DNA of 63,324 bases. Source: a virus (lineage: Duplodnaviria; Caudoviricetes). Where the stretch lies: IMG/VR virus record IMGVR_UViG_3300020021_000007, positions 1 through 63,324 of that record. The stretch is one strand, 5' to 3'. Both the position numbers and the translations under genes were made by a program. Under the pieces are notes generated by a model. It saw nothing but the letters and a program-made list of their open reading frames with translations, was not told the DNA's origin and made no database searches. Numbering within the stretch: position 1 is the stretch's first letter; each line of letters starts with the position of its first letter. Positions 8,571 to 17,513 of the stretch are shown here, in pieces.

Positions 8571-9128
8571 ATGATTCAGCGACTCATCGGTATCACCGGC
8601 CTTGCTGGTGCAGGAAAAGACACATTAGCGAATGCGATTGTGAGTGAGTTCGCTGGAATCAAATACAGTTGGGCGTTACCTCTGAAGCTGGCGCTCAACG
8701 CCATGTTCGGTTGGACGATGGAGATGTGGGACGACCGCGTCTGGAAAGAGACCGAAATCCCTTGGCTCGGCAAGTCACCGCGTCAGCTGGCGCAGACGAT
8801 GGGCACTGAATGGGGCCGCGAGCTGGTGCATCCTGAACTGTGGGTCATGCTTGGAATGCGTCAGTACGAAGCGCATGCCGCGCTCAGCAATTCTCCGTTC
8901 ATTATTGCAGATACGCGCTTCGACAATGAAGCGCGCGCGATACACCGCAACGGCGGCATTGTTGTGAAGGTCATCCGCGATGACGCTGCACCGATCTTCG
9001 CACACAAGTCTGAGAAGGGTGTTTCGCCCGACCTCATCGACTACACGCTGGGCAACAACGGCACAGTTGATGATTTCGTCAACCTGTCGTTAGCACTGTT
9101 CGATATTTGGTCGACGCAGCGCGCGTGA
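8571..9128 (+). CDS. Deoxynucleoside monophosphate kinase
   Basis: GLAGAGKDT P-loop, SPRQLAQTMGTEWGR, DTRFDNE, HKSE. Confidence 0.9.
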   Translation: MIQRLIGITGLAGAGKDTLANAIVSEFAGIKYSWALPLKLALNAMFGWTMEMWDDRVWKETEIPWLGKSPRQLAQTMGTEWGRELVHPELWVMLGMRQYEAHAALSNSPFIIADTRFDNEARAIHRNGGIVVKVIRDDAAPIFAHKSEKGVSPDLIDYTLGNNGTVDDFVNLSLALFDIWSTQRA

Positions 9129-9676
9129 GCGAACCTAAGCCCTGGGAACAGGCGTCGCTTGACCGGGCGCAGGACACCGCGCGCCGCACCGCAGAACCGA
9201 TAGCTGCCCCTGCAAAGCCACCGCGTCGCATCAACATCCGTCAGAAGGGCGCGAACGGTGAGCGCGAGCTCGCAAACGAGCTGAACGCAATCGTTGTTCA
9301 GTTGCTCACGAAGCACGGCATACCGGTGCCCGACAAGCCTGTTATCCAGCGCAACCAGAACCAGACCGCTGTCGGCGGCAACGACCTGTCCAACTGCTTC
9401 GGCATTGGTATCGAGGTCAAGCGCCAGGAACAACTCAGCGTGAACAAGTGGTGGGAGCAGTGCGTCAAAAGCTGCGCCAAGAACCAAGAATTCCCGGTGC
9501 TGATTTATAGGCAGAACAAGCAAGCCTGGCGTGTGGTCATGCATTGCTGGGTGCAATTACCGGTTGGATCCGTTGCTATGATGGCGCGCGGTGAGGTAAG
9601 CTGGCAGTTCTTCCTACACTGGTTTCACAACTGGGTGGACCAGAAACTTTCGAACGGTGAGCTTCCCCAATGTTAG
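9125..9676 (+). CDS. Holliday junction resolvase (Hjc-like PD-(D/E)XK)
   Basis: KGANGERE, GGNDL, IEVKR. Confidence 0.75.
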   Translation: MSEPKPWEQASLDRAQDTARRTAEPIAAPAKPPRRINIRQKGANGERELANELNAIVVQLLTKHGIPVPDKPVIQRNQNQTAVGGNDLSNCFGIGIEVKRQEQLSVNKWWEQCVKSCAKNQEFPVLIYRQNKQAWRVVMHCWVQLPVGSVAMMARGEVSWQFFLHWFHNWVDQKLSNGELPQC

Positions 9677-10227
9677 ACCGCATTGTCGATTTCTTCCTGA
9701 ACTTCGCGAAAGCGTTTCAGTTCTGGGTAATCATATATGCGTATGAGCAGGGTGTCCACATGCGGTTCGGCAAGTTCCGCCGCATCCTTCAACCGGGCCT
9801 ATGGTTCTGCTGGCCGTTCCACATGGACCATGTGCTCGTTGATAACGTCGTTATGCGCACCGTGCATCTCGGCGCACAGTCGCTTACCACGAAGGATGGC
9901 AAGTCGGTTGTTGTGAGCGCCGTGATCACACTTAAGATCAATGACATTTATAAAGCCTTGCTTGAGGTAGAATCAATTGAGCACGCAATGATGGACGTGT
10001 GCTACGGTGCTATCAGCCGACACGTTGACTCGAGCACCTGGGAACAGCTACACACCGAAGAAGCGTTCGACGGATTGACGAAAGAATGCCGTCGAACTGG
10101 CAAGCGCTACGGACTTGAAATTGATAAGGTGCAGCTTGCGGACCTTGCCACCTGCCGTACCTATCGCATGGTCAACAGTGAACACCCAACCCGCTACGAA
10201 GAGAAAAAGGAGCAGAGTCGATTATGA
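9670..10227 (+). CDS. SPFH/band 7 domain protein
   Basis: YEQGVHMRFGKF..PGL, QSLTTKDG. Confidence 0.85.
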   Translation: MLDRIVDFFLNFAKAFQFWVIIYAYEQGVHMRFGKFRRILQPGLWFCWPFHMDHVLVDNVVMRTVHLGAQSLTTKDGKSVVVSAVITLKINDIYKALLEVESIEHAMMDVCYGAISRHVDSSTWEQLHTEEAFDGLTKECRRTGKRYGLEIDKVQLADLATCRTYRMVNSEHPTRYEEKKEQSRL

Positions 10228-10538
10228 GCTATATTCCAAAGAGCGCGCTTCGTAAGATTGAAGCAGCTAACCGCGCGATCAAAGCAATGCCGCACCGAGT
10301 ATTTGACGGTGTAGAAAAGATCGCTGTTCCGTTTGTACCGACGGTCCTTTCTGCCGGCCAAGGTGGCGCGCAAATGTGGGACGTGTTCTTCAACGGCACG
10401 AAGCAACATTTATGCCAGCACGCTGACAGCGAGCAGGGCTATATTGTCCGCTACGTGCGCGGTGTTGGGAACAAACCGCAGACGAAAGAAACGGAGAAGC
10501 TTTTTGGAATTGTCGAGATCAAACGGAAGGTACGTTGA
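10224..10538 (+). CDS. Hypothetical protein
   Basis: AGGAG SD, ATGA overlap. Confidence 0.6.
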   Translation: MSYIPKSALRKIEAANRAIKAMPHRVFDGVEKIAVPFVPTVLSAGQGGAQMWDVFFNGTKQHLCQHADSEQGYIVRYVRGVGNKPQTKETEKLFGIVEIKRKVR

Positions 10539-10738
10539 TGGCAAAGCTAGACAGCGCATTGAAGGCCAAGTTCGACGCACTGAACGACGAACAACTGTCG
10601 CGCAAGGTTGATGAGCTCAAGCAGACTATTCCGCATCTTAACGAGCAGCTTGATTACGCTGCTCGGATGCTTCGCGATCGCCGCGCCGCAGCGGCAAGGA
10701 AGGCCCTTGACGAAGCCCGTAGCAGACGCACCAGCTGA
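10535..10738 (+). CDS. Coiled-coil hypothetical protein
   Basis: ORF in operon. Confidence 0.6.
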   Translation: MMAKLDSALKAKFDALNDEQLSRKVDELKQTIPHLNEQLDYAARMLRDRRAAAARKALDEARSRRTS

Positions 10739-10970
10739 CGCGCAAGACTGCGCGAATCGCATGAACGCTTGCAAGATCCAAGCGGAAGGCGAACAGCGAT
10801 TCTATGATGCGGCGCTGGTGCTGCGTGACTACCCGGCATCGGAGAAGCACCGGGCCCGGTTACACGAACTCCTTGACTTGGAGTTGAACTACAAAGCGTC
10901 CATGTATTCCATAATCCAAAACGCGCGATCCAATCGGCACAAATAAGAATCGTTCACATCGCTTGATGCG

Positions 10971-11023
10971 AAAACTGTGAATTAGGTCTAGATTTACGGT
11001 GCAGGTGTGCTATCCTTGCATCA
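10971..11023 (+). promoter_or_regulatory. CRP-like box promoter, leaderless
   Basis: TGTGA-ATTAGG-TCTAG 10976-10991; extended -10 TG-C-TATCCT ending 11016; ATG at 11023. Confidence 0.7.
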
Positions 11024-11688
11024 TGAAAACGAAACACACCCACCAAGGAACTTGCCAGGCCTGCGGCGCTGTGCAAGCGGTTGACAACACCACCAAGCTG
11101 ATCGCGAAGCACGGTTACCAGGTAGCAGGCTTCGGGTTCTTCAACGGGGTTTGCCAGGGCAGCGACAACCCGCCCGCGGAGCTCGAGGTGTTCCTCACCT
11201 ACCGCATCATCACCAACCTGCTCGCCTGGGCAACGGAAAAGGATCGCATCGCGGAGCTGTACGCCAACGGTGTCTTGATGGTCCACATGCACAGTTCGTA
11301 TTCGGGCAAACGCACGCCCAAAGGCAACCGCATATACCACGACGTCATGATGTTCGGTTGCACCGAGGACCAGATCATCCACCAGGGTACGCTTGAAATT
11401 GACAGCAACACGTCCGCCGCGAACATGGCGCGCAGCCACATTGACTCGCTGAAGCGTCTGGTGCTTACGCGCTTGGGTCAACCGCTCTACCCGGTGTCGC
11501 ACAAGACGGTGCGACAGTTCGCGGTGGGCGATGTGGTCAAGCTGTACAGCAAGGACTTCGTGCTGGTTGCCCCGCGCTATGGTATGTCGACCACCAGCAC
11601 CCCGAAGTTCTGGAAAGGCTATTACAAAGACGATGCGGACAAGAAGATGTTCTTCCCGACAGTTCGAACACTGAGGAGCCAGAACTAA
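11023..11688 (+). CDS. Hypothetical early protein with N-terminal Zn-binding motif
   Basis: GTCQACG...HGY...VCQGS. Confidence 0.7.
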   Translation: MKTKHTHQGTCQACGAVQAVDNTTKLIAKHGYQVAGFGFFNGVCQGSDNPPAELEVFLTYRIITNLLAWATEKDRIAELYANGVLMVHMHSSYSGKRTPKGNRIYHDVMMFGCTEDQIIHQGTLEIDSNTSAANMARSHIDSLKRLVLTRLGQPLYPVSHKTVRQFAVGDVVKLYSKDFVLVAPRYGMSTTSTPKFWKGYYKDDADKKMFFPTVRTLRSQN

Positions 11689-11830
11689 GACCTACATCAC
11701 AGTATCGCCGCCGCGAGGCACCGATACTGGATTCAAGGCTGGTTAAGCCAGCGCACAGCACCGGGACCGACACCGGTAGGGATTCCAAACCCCGCTAGTC
11801 AGTGCGCTTGCTTAAACAGCTACGGAGATT

Positions 11831-12040
11831 ATGATGGACGACGAGTTGAGTGCAACCGACATTTTGATGTTTGACATGAAGGCAGCGCAGCTGGCCTATC
11901 TGTTGAACAAGCGTAAGCAGCGTAAAGCCTCCGGGCTCGTTGTCGACGTGCAGGCGGAAGCGCTCAAGATGTGGGAACCCGCGCCGTTCAGCCCATTCGA
12001 TCCCAACTTGCCGATGTTTTTGCGGCGGCAGGCGGATTGA
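11831..12040 (+). CDS. Hypothetical protein
   Basis: GGAG SD; ends LPMFLRRQAD. Confidence 0.65.
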   Translation: MMDDELSATDILMFDMKAAQLAYLLNKRKQRKASGLVVDVQAEALKMWEPAPFSPFDPNLPMFLRRQAD

Positions 12041-12242
12041 TATGACGCGCTGCGAAACACAACTCGCGCACGTGATTACTGATGCGATCGCAATGTTGCG
12101 GTGGCAGGTGCGTAAGCCGCTGTCTGCGGACTCGTGGTCCGGGTGGTGCAACACCGCGATCGAAGCGATTCAAGAGTGCGTCGACCAACCGAAGACGCGC
12201 GAAATGATTGATGGTGATTTGTAACAACTACTGGAGAAACTG

Positions 12243-13169
12243 ATGAAAGGTCTTATGATTAAAGCGGCGCTGTTGACAGCGCTTTTCAGCAGCTCAGCTA
12301 TGGCCTGGGACTGCACCAACCCTGCGAACTGGTCACTGAACGTGCCCGGAAACGAGTGCTATCACAAAGGCCCGAATCCGACCACACCGCCCGCGACCAC
12401 GCCACCAGGGAACACGTCCACCAACACAAACGGAAACACCAATACGCTCGGTCAGGGTCAAGACCAAGGTCAGGGGCAATCCCAGGGACAAGGTCAGACC
12501 GCAACCGGAGGCAAAGCTACTGGCGGTAAGTCCACCAGCAACAGCAATGCGACCGGAGGCACCAGCACCGCGCAGGGCGGGACCAGCAATGCAGCCGGGG
12601 GTAAAGGCGGCAAAGCTACCAGCAACGCGGCAGGCGGTGCAGGCGGGTCGGGTGGTGCAGGTGGTGCGGGTGGTACCGGTACAGCGACCAGCGCAAGCGA
12701 CAGTCACGCGTCGACCACGCTGACAGCACCATCGAGTGCAACTGTGGATAGTCACGATAGTTCCAGCACGTACATCGCAGCACCGCGCATCCCGGTCAAC
12801 ACGGCAATCGCCGGGTACCAGGACACGAACGCACCGTGCCGCTTTGCGGAGGGCTTGGGAATCCAAACTATGCCGGGTGCCGCGAGCGCTGGGTTTACGT
12901 TCAAGGACCATGACTGCATGAAGTTCCGCCTTGCGGAATACTTCTATGCACGTCACCAGGACGTAGCGGGTGATCGTTTGATGTGCAGCATGAACGAGGT
13001 GCGCAAAGCCCTAGGCAAAGACTGCCTGGATGTGGTCGGTGTGGTGTTCAACCCGCCCCAGGTAGCGGTGGCGCCCGTAGATGCCGTTTCACATAAGGAG
13101 CTCCAGGAGTTCGAAAACCGTCAAGCGGAGCGCGACAAGCGCATTATCACGCACACTCTGTCGAAGTAG
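12243..13169 (+). CDS. Exported Gly/Gln/Thr-rich low-complexity protein
   Basis: Signal peptide (..SSAMA/WD), GQGQ and GGAG repeats, Cys-containing C-terminal domain. Confidence 0.8.
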   Translation: MKGLMIKAALLTALFSSSAMAWDCTNPANWSLNVPGNECYHKGPNPTTPPATTPPGNTSTNTNGNTNTLGQGQDQGQGQSQGQGQTATGGKATGGKSTSNSNATGGTSTAQGGTSNAAGGKGGKATSNAAGGAGGSGGAGGAGGTGTATSASDSHASTTLTAPSSATVDSHDSSSTYIAAPRIPVNTAIAGYQDTNAPCRFAEGLGIQTMPGAASAGFTFKDHDCMKFRLAEYFYARHQDVAGDRLMCSMNEVRKALGKDCLDVVGVVFNPPQVAVAPVDAVSHKELQEFENRQAERDKRIITHTLSK

Positions 13170-13170
13170 C

Positions 13171-13217
13171 AAAATTGTGAACTAGATCTAGCCCGGGACT
13201 GCAAACCGGGCTATTCT
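13171..13217 (+). promoter_or_regulatory. CRP-like box promoter
   Basis: AAATTGTGA-ACTAGA-TCTAG; -10 TATTCT 13212-13217. Confidence 0.7.
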
Positions 13218-13249
13218 TGCATCACAATAGTTCATCGGAGTTTTCGCAA

Positions 13250-14716
13250 ATGGGTACAGAAACACGAATTTGGTCCGCGCTTCAGCTCGCACTGTTCGGC
13301 GACGCTGCAATCGGCACCGGTAACCGCATCGTTATCGCGGTCGCTGGTTCGGGCAAAACCAGCTCGGGCGAACAGATGGTGAAGCGCGTGCGCGGTTCGC
13401 ACGTCTACCTCGCGTTCAACAAACCCATCGCCACCGAGTTGTCGGCGCGCGGGTTGAACGGTCGGACCTTCCACAGCATTTGCTACAGTGTGGTCACCAA
13501 GGCCCGTAACGTCAAGACGGTCGACGCGGACAAGCTGCGCCGGTTGTGCGATGCGAAGCTCACCGGTGACCACGGTCAACTGTACGGTTCGTTCATCCAG
13601 CGCCTTGTCGGTCTCGCGCGCAACGCGGGTATCGGTTGCCTGGTGGACAACGTCGATTCTGCTTGGTATGACCTGATCGACCATCACGACCTCCAGCTCG
13701 AGTCCGAGCTCGCGGACGTCACCAAAGCGGTCGAGCTCGCACAGCAGCTTCTTGTCTGGTCCAACGAATCAACGATGGTTGACTTCGATGACCTGCTTTA
13801 CTTTGCGGTCAAAGACGGCCTGGTGATGCCCAAGTTCGACAACGTGTTCGTTGACGAAGCGCAAGACACCAATGCGATCCAGCGCGCGATCATCAAGAAG
13901 ATGATGAAGCCCACCTCGCGCCTGTTTGCCATCGGTGACCCGGCGCAAGCAATCTACGGGTTCCGGGGCGCGGACAGCAACAGCATGAACATGATCAAAG
14001 AGGAGTTCAACTGCACCGAAATGCCCCTCACGGTCAGCTACCGGTGCGCCACCTCAATCGTCGCGTATGCGCAGCAATGGGTTGACCACATCCAAGCGGC
14101 ACCGGACGCTCCTGAAGGCGAAGTGGTGGACCTCAACTACGATTGGAACACCGGCAACTTCAAGCCGAACGACTTGGTTGTCTGCCGCACCACCGCCCCG
14201 ATCATTACCCTCGCCTACCGCATGCTGAAGGCGCGGGTACCGGTGCGGGTGATGGGTCGTGAGATTGGGCAGGGCCTCAAGTCGCTGATCAAGAAGATGA
14301 ACGCGCGCACCATGGAGCAGCTTGAAAGCAAGTTGGACGTGTGGTCAGCGCGAGAGTGCGAGAAGGCGCGCGTCAAGAACCAGGACAGCAAAGTTGAAGC
14401 GATTCAGGACAAGTGCGACGCGATCAAGTGCCTCATTGATGGTCTTGACGAAGGTGACCGCAGTATCTACGCGCTGAACAACGTGATCGACAAGCTGTTC
14501 TCTGACGCAGTGAATTGCACGGTGCTGGCAACCATACACAAGTCCAAAGGCCTAGAAGCTGACCGGGTGTTCTGGTTGAACAGCTCACAGTGTCCCAGCA
14601 AGTGGGCGAAACAAGCGTGGCAGGTCCAACAAGAGAATAATCTCTGCTACGTTGCTACCACGCGCGCCAAAACGTCCTTATTCCTGATCGAAGAAAAGAA
14701 GGAGAAATCACGATGA
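13250..14716 (+). CDS. UvrD-like SF1 helicase
   Basis: AVAGSGKT, VDEAQD, GDPAQAIYGFRGA, TIHKSKGLE, YVATTRA. Confidence 0.93.
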   Translation: MGTETRIWSALQLALFGDAAIGTGNRIVIAVAGSGKTSSGEQMVKRVRGSHVYLAFNKPIATELSARGLNGRTFHSICYSVVTKARNVKTVDADKLRRLCDAKLTGDHGQLYGSFIQRLVGLARNAGIGCLVDNVDSAWYDLIDHHDLQLESELADVTKAVELAQQLLVWSNESTMVDFDDLLYFAVKDGLVMPKFDNVFVDEAQDTNAIQRAIIKKMMKPTSRLFAIGDPAQAIYGFRGADSNSMNMIKEEFNCTEMPLTVSYRCATSIVAYAQQWVDHIQAAPDAPEGEVVDLNYDWNTGNFKPNDLVVCRTTAPIITLAYRMLKARVPVRVMGREIGQGLKSLIKKMNARTMEQLESKLDVWSARECEKARVKNQDSKVEAIQDKCDAIKCLIDGLDEGDRSIYALNNVIDKLFSDAVNCTVLATIHKSKGLEADRVFWLNSSQCPSKWAKQAWQVQQENNLCYVATTRAKTSLFLIEEKKEKSR

Positions 14717-14895
14717 AGACCTTTAAACGGTTGCTGGCAGGAAAGTCCCTGCTGGCGGTGGCCAAGCTGCGTAGGGAGCGCGCAGCAACCGCACGTAAGC
14801 TGCGCACCGCACAGCAGCGGCAACGGGAAGCCCTGGGGCAGCGTGCGCTTATAGCGCTCCGTAGCGCGTTCCCTGGTAGCCGGTACCGACGTTAA
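14713..14895 (+). CDS. Small Arg-rich protein
   Basis: AGGAG SD, ATGA overlap. Confidence 0.55.
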   Translation: MKTFKRLLAGKSLLAVAKLRRERAATARKLRTAQQRQREALGQRALIALRSAFPGSRYRR

Positions 14896-14896
14896 A

Positions 14897-14950
14897 GAAC
14901 TGTGAACTAGCGCACGAAAGGATTCGTGCATCTGACCGATACTTAAATCA
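14897..14950 (+). promoter_or_regulatory. CRP-like box promoter, leaderless
   Basis: TGTGA-ACTAGC-GCACG 14901-14916 centred 41.5 bp before ATG 14950; -10 GATACT. Confidence 0.65.
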
Positions 14951-15084
14951 TGAACAAGCACACATACAACGCGCACCAAGCGCTGACCGCCACCGCCCGG
15001 ATGCGGTTGACCCCTGTACAGCAGGAAGCACTTTTGAAAGCAGCGCTTGAGCGTGCGGAGATCCTGCGCAAACTAGGCGCTTAA
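14950..15084 (+). CDS. 44-aa leaderless ORF (MNKHTYNAHQ...), below ORF-track cutoff
   Basis: Starts exactly at predicted +1 of motif promoter. Confidence 0.55.
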   Translation: MNKHTYNAHQALTATARMRLTPVQQEALLKAALERAEILRKLGA

Positions 15085-15147
15085 CACTGCCGTTGCAGCG
15101 CCCGCGTTATCACTGTTAGGGTGCAACCTCCCGCCCAAGGAGCTTGC

Positions 15148-15324
15148 ATGATGGCAAAAACGAAGAATGACCTCGACCTTCAGGCGCACCAACAAGGTGA
15201 CGCAGATGGGTTTGGTATGTTCCGTGGCGCGTTTGTCGCTTTCGGTGTTGAAGTAGCGGTTGCGTTGATCTACGGATTGATCCTCCTGCTTACCCACCCT
15301 GCCACTAGCGCGCTATATCGATGA
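15148..15324 (+). CDS. Small membrane protein preceding endolysin
   Basis: AAGGAG SD, one TM segment. Confidence 0.55.
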   Translation: MMAKTKNDLDLQAHQQGDADGFGMFRGAFVAFGVEVAVALIYGLILLLTHPATSALYR

Positions 15325-15848
15325 CACCCCTCGCATGGGGTTCTAAGGTCTCCCAGGCCTTTCGTGATCGGGTCCGCGCAATCGCTGCAAACCTTGGACT
15401 ACCGCAAGACGGTGCAAGCTGGTTGATGGCGTGCATGGCTTGGGAGTCCGGGCGCAGCTTCAGTCCGCACGTACAGAACGCAGCCGGCAGCGGCGCGGTA
15501 GGGTTGATCCAGTTTATGCCTGCAACTGCTGGCTCGCTGGGAACCAGCACTGAAGAGCTTGCGGCAATGACGCCTGAAGAACAGCTTGAGTATGTGGACA
15601 AATACTTCGAACCCTTCCGCGGACGCTTGCACCTGCTAAGCGACGTATACATGGTGATCCTCTGGCCAAAGGCTGTAGGGCAACCGGACTCAACCGTACT
15701 GTGGAACAAAGACACGCGTCCAACAACCTACCAACAGAACGCGGGTTTGGACGGTGACCACGATGGTTCGATCACGAAAGCAGAAGCAGCATCGCGCGTG
15801 CATGACTGCTATGTAGAGGGCTTGCGGCCTTCACTTGCTCTTGCGTGA
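15321..15848 (+). CDS. Endolysin, lytic transglycosylase/lysozyme-like
   Basis: CMAWESG catalytic Glu, GAVGLIQFMP, YQQNAGLD. Confidence 0.88.
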   Translation: MTPLAWGSKVSQAFRDRVRAIAANLGLPQDGASWLMACMAWESGRSFSPHVQNAAGSGAVGLIQFMPATAGSLGTSTEELAAMTPEEQLEYVDKYFEPFRGRLHLLSDVYMVILWPKAVGQPDSTVLWNKDTRPTTYQQNAGLDGDHDGSITKAEAASRVHDCYVEGLRPSLALA

Positions 15849-15909
15849 GGATCACTGCTACCGTCACCAGCAACGGAGCATGGTCTCTGTCCAACGAAGG
15901 AGAGTGACC

Positions 15910-16245
15910 ATGCTTCAAGACAACTGGTGGATCCGAGCCGCAGCTTACACCGCGTTTAGCGCTGTCGGTGGAATGCTCGGGTTCACGATGCGCGCCATTG
16001 ACGGTAAGCAGAAAGAGAAGTTCAGCTTTCTGCGCTGCATCGTAGAAGGTGCTGCGGCCGCGTTCGTCGGTTTGCTTGTGCTTATGATCTGCGAAGCAAT
16101 GAACCTGAGCCCGCAATGGACCGGTGTCATTGTCGGTGTGTGCGGGTGGTTGGGCGCCAGCGCGACGATTCGAATGCTTGAGACTGTGGTCAGGAATAAA
16201 CTCGGTGCAAACCGTGAGGTCAACGACGATGCTCAGCAGCCTTAA
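15910..16245 (+). CDS. Holin
   Basis: Three TM segments, position after endolysin. Confidence 0.8.
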   Translation: MLQDNWWIRAAAYTAFSAVGGMLGFTMRAIDGKQKEKFSFLRCIVEGAAAAFVGLLVLMICEAMNLSPQWTGVIVGVCGWLGASATIRMLETVVRNKLGANREVNDDAQQP

Positions 16246-16729
16246 AGGTTATATGATTGCCGCAGGTGCAGTCCTGGTTCTCGCTCTTCTGGTCGGTGCC
16301 TACTTCAAAGGTCGCAACGACGTCATCAAGCTTGACGGTCCGAAGTTCGCTGCCATTGCGCAGCAAGCGAAGGACGAACAAGCTGCCACCGACAAGACCA
16401 ACATCGCAAACAATTTCGTCACAAAGGAAGCATATGCGGAACTCCAATCTAAGCTTGCTGGCTACAGCAACAATGTTGATGATCTCACTAAGCGGCTGTC
16501 AGACCTCGCAGCCCAGAACAAACCCATCATCGTGTCCGGCCCAGTGGTCGCTACCTGCAAATCTACCGACGCGGGACCAACTGGAGCAACAGCGCCAAGC
16601 AATCCAGGACCAGTTGAATCAGCTTCCACCCTCCCAACCGAAGTCCTCCGCGACGATCTCACACTAGCGCTGCAGAATATTGACGCGCTCATTGTGATTG
16701 CTGAAGCGGCAGACAAAGTGCAGCGGTGA
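16229..16729 (+). CDS. i-spanin (Rz-like)
   Basis: N-terminal TM plus coiled coil after holin. Confidence 0.75.
   Translation: MLSSLKGYMIAAGAVLVLALLVGAYFKGRNDVIKLDGPKFAAIAQQAKDEQAATDKTNIANNFVTKEAYAELQSKLAGYSNNVDDLTKRLSDLAAQNKPIIVSGPVVATCKSTDAGPTGATAPSNPGPVESASTLPTEVLRDDLTLALQNIDALIVIAEAADKVQR
16434..16667 (+). CDS. o-spanin (Rz1-like), embedded in +1 frame
   Basis: AAGGA SD; MRNSNLSLLATATMLMISLSGC lipobox; Pro/Gln-rich. Confidence 0.75.
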   Translation: MRNSNLSLLATATMLMISLSGCQTSQPRTNPSSCPAQWSLPANLPTRDQLEQQRQAIQDQLNQLPPSQPKSSATISH

Positions 16730-16971
16730 CCCAGCGCAATCTATCCGCATCGACTACACCGGGCAGCATGCCCGGTTATGTCAGTGTGAATTTCACACCG
16801 CAAACGGATGATCCGAAGTGCAGCGCTTTCGTGACCATTGATGTCCGCGGGCACGCGCGCGAGCGCTACTTCGACGGACCAATGGACTACGGTCCTACTG
16901 CGCGTGTTGTGCTCACCGTCGAAGAGTTTTCGAGCCTTCTTGCGCGATATGGCTGCACGCGCACTCGCTGA
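16726..16971 (+). CDS. Hypothetical protein
   Basis: GTGA overlap with spanin. Confidence 0.55.
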   Translation: MTQRNLSASTTPGSMPGYVSVNFTPQTDDPKCSAFVTIDVRGHARERYFDGPMDYGPTARVVLTVEEFSSLLARYGCTRTR

Positions 16972-17048
16972 AGGCTTGCTTTAGATTCAACCTCCTCTGT
17001 ATGCTGACGGCAATCATAGCAATGTCGCTGTGAGCACCGGAGCTTGAC

Positions 17049-17513
17049 ATGCCGAGCGAGCCAACGGGAATGCGATTCTGGGACGAGCGTGTGCTCCAAC
17101 CAGCGCTAAGCCCAACAGAACGTGAACTTCGCGATCGGTTCGTACAGCAATACCTGATTGACTACGACCCGTATGGCGCCTGCTTGCGTGTTGGTTTCGT
17201 CAAGAGCGTTGCGCAGCAATACTCCGCTGAGCTCATGGACGACCCGTATGTGCGTCGTCAAATTGCCGCGCTCGAGCGCACGAAGGCAGAAAACCCGGAA
17301 GCTGAACAAACCGAACGGAAGCGGATGGTCGAAGCGTTGCTCATCAAAGAAGCTACCAACACCAGCGGCGAAGCGAAGCACTCCGCCCGCGTGACCGCAC
17401 TGGGCTTGCTTGCTAAGATGTACAAGCTTGTCGACCAGGACACCGACGGTGCGGGTCGCGACGAAAAATTGATTAACGCGTTCCGCGAGATCGCAACGAA
17501 AGTTCCGGTGTGA
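17049..17513 (+). CDS. Terminase small subunit
   Basis: FVQQYLIDYD..ACLRVGF helical motif; directly upstream of TerL. Confidence 0.8.
   Translation: MPSEPTGMRFWDERVLQPALSPTERELRDRFVQQYLIDYDPYGACLRVGFVKSVAQQYSAELMDDPYVRRQIAALERTKAENPEAEQTERKRMVEALLIKEATNTSGEAKHSARVTALGLLAKMYKLVDQDTDGAGRDEKLINAFREIATKVPV

Noticed and set aside
11738-11820. Canonical tRNA gene
   Set aside because: No TTCRA T-loop, standard D-arm or acceptor geometry; kept only as a structured-RNA candidate
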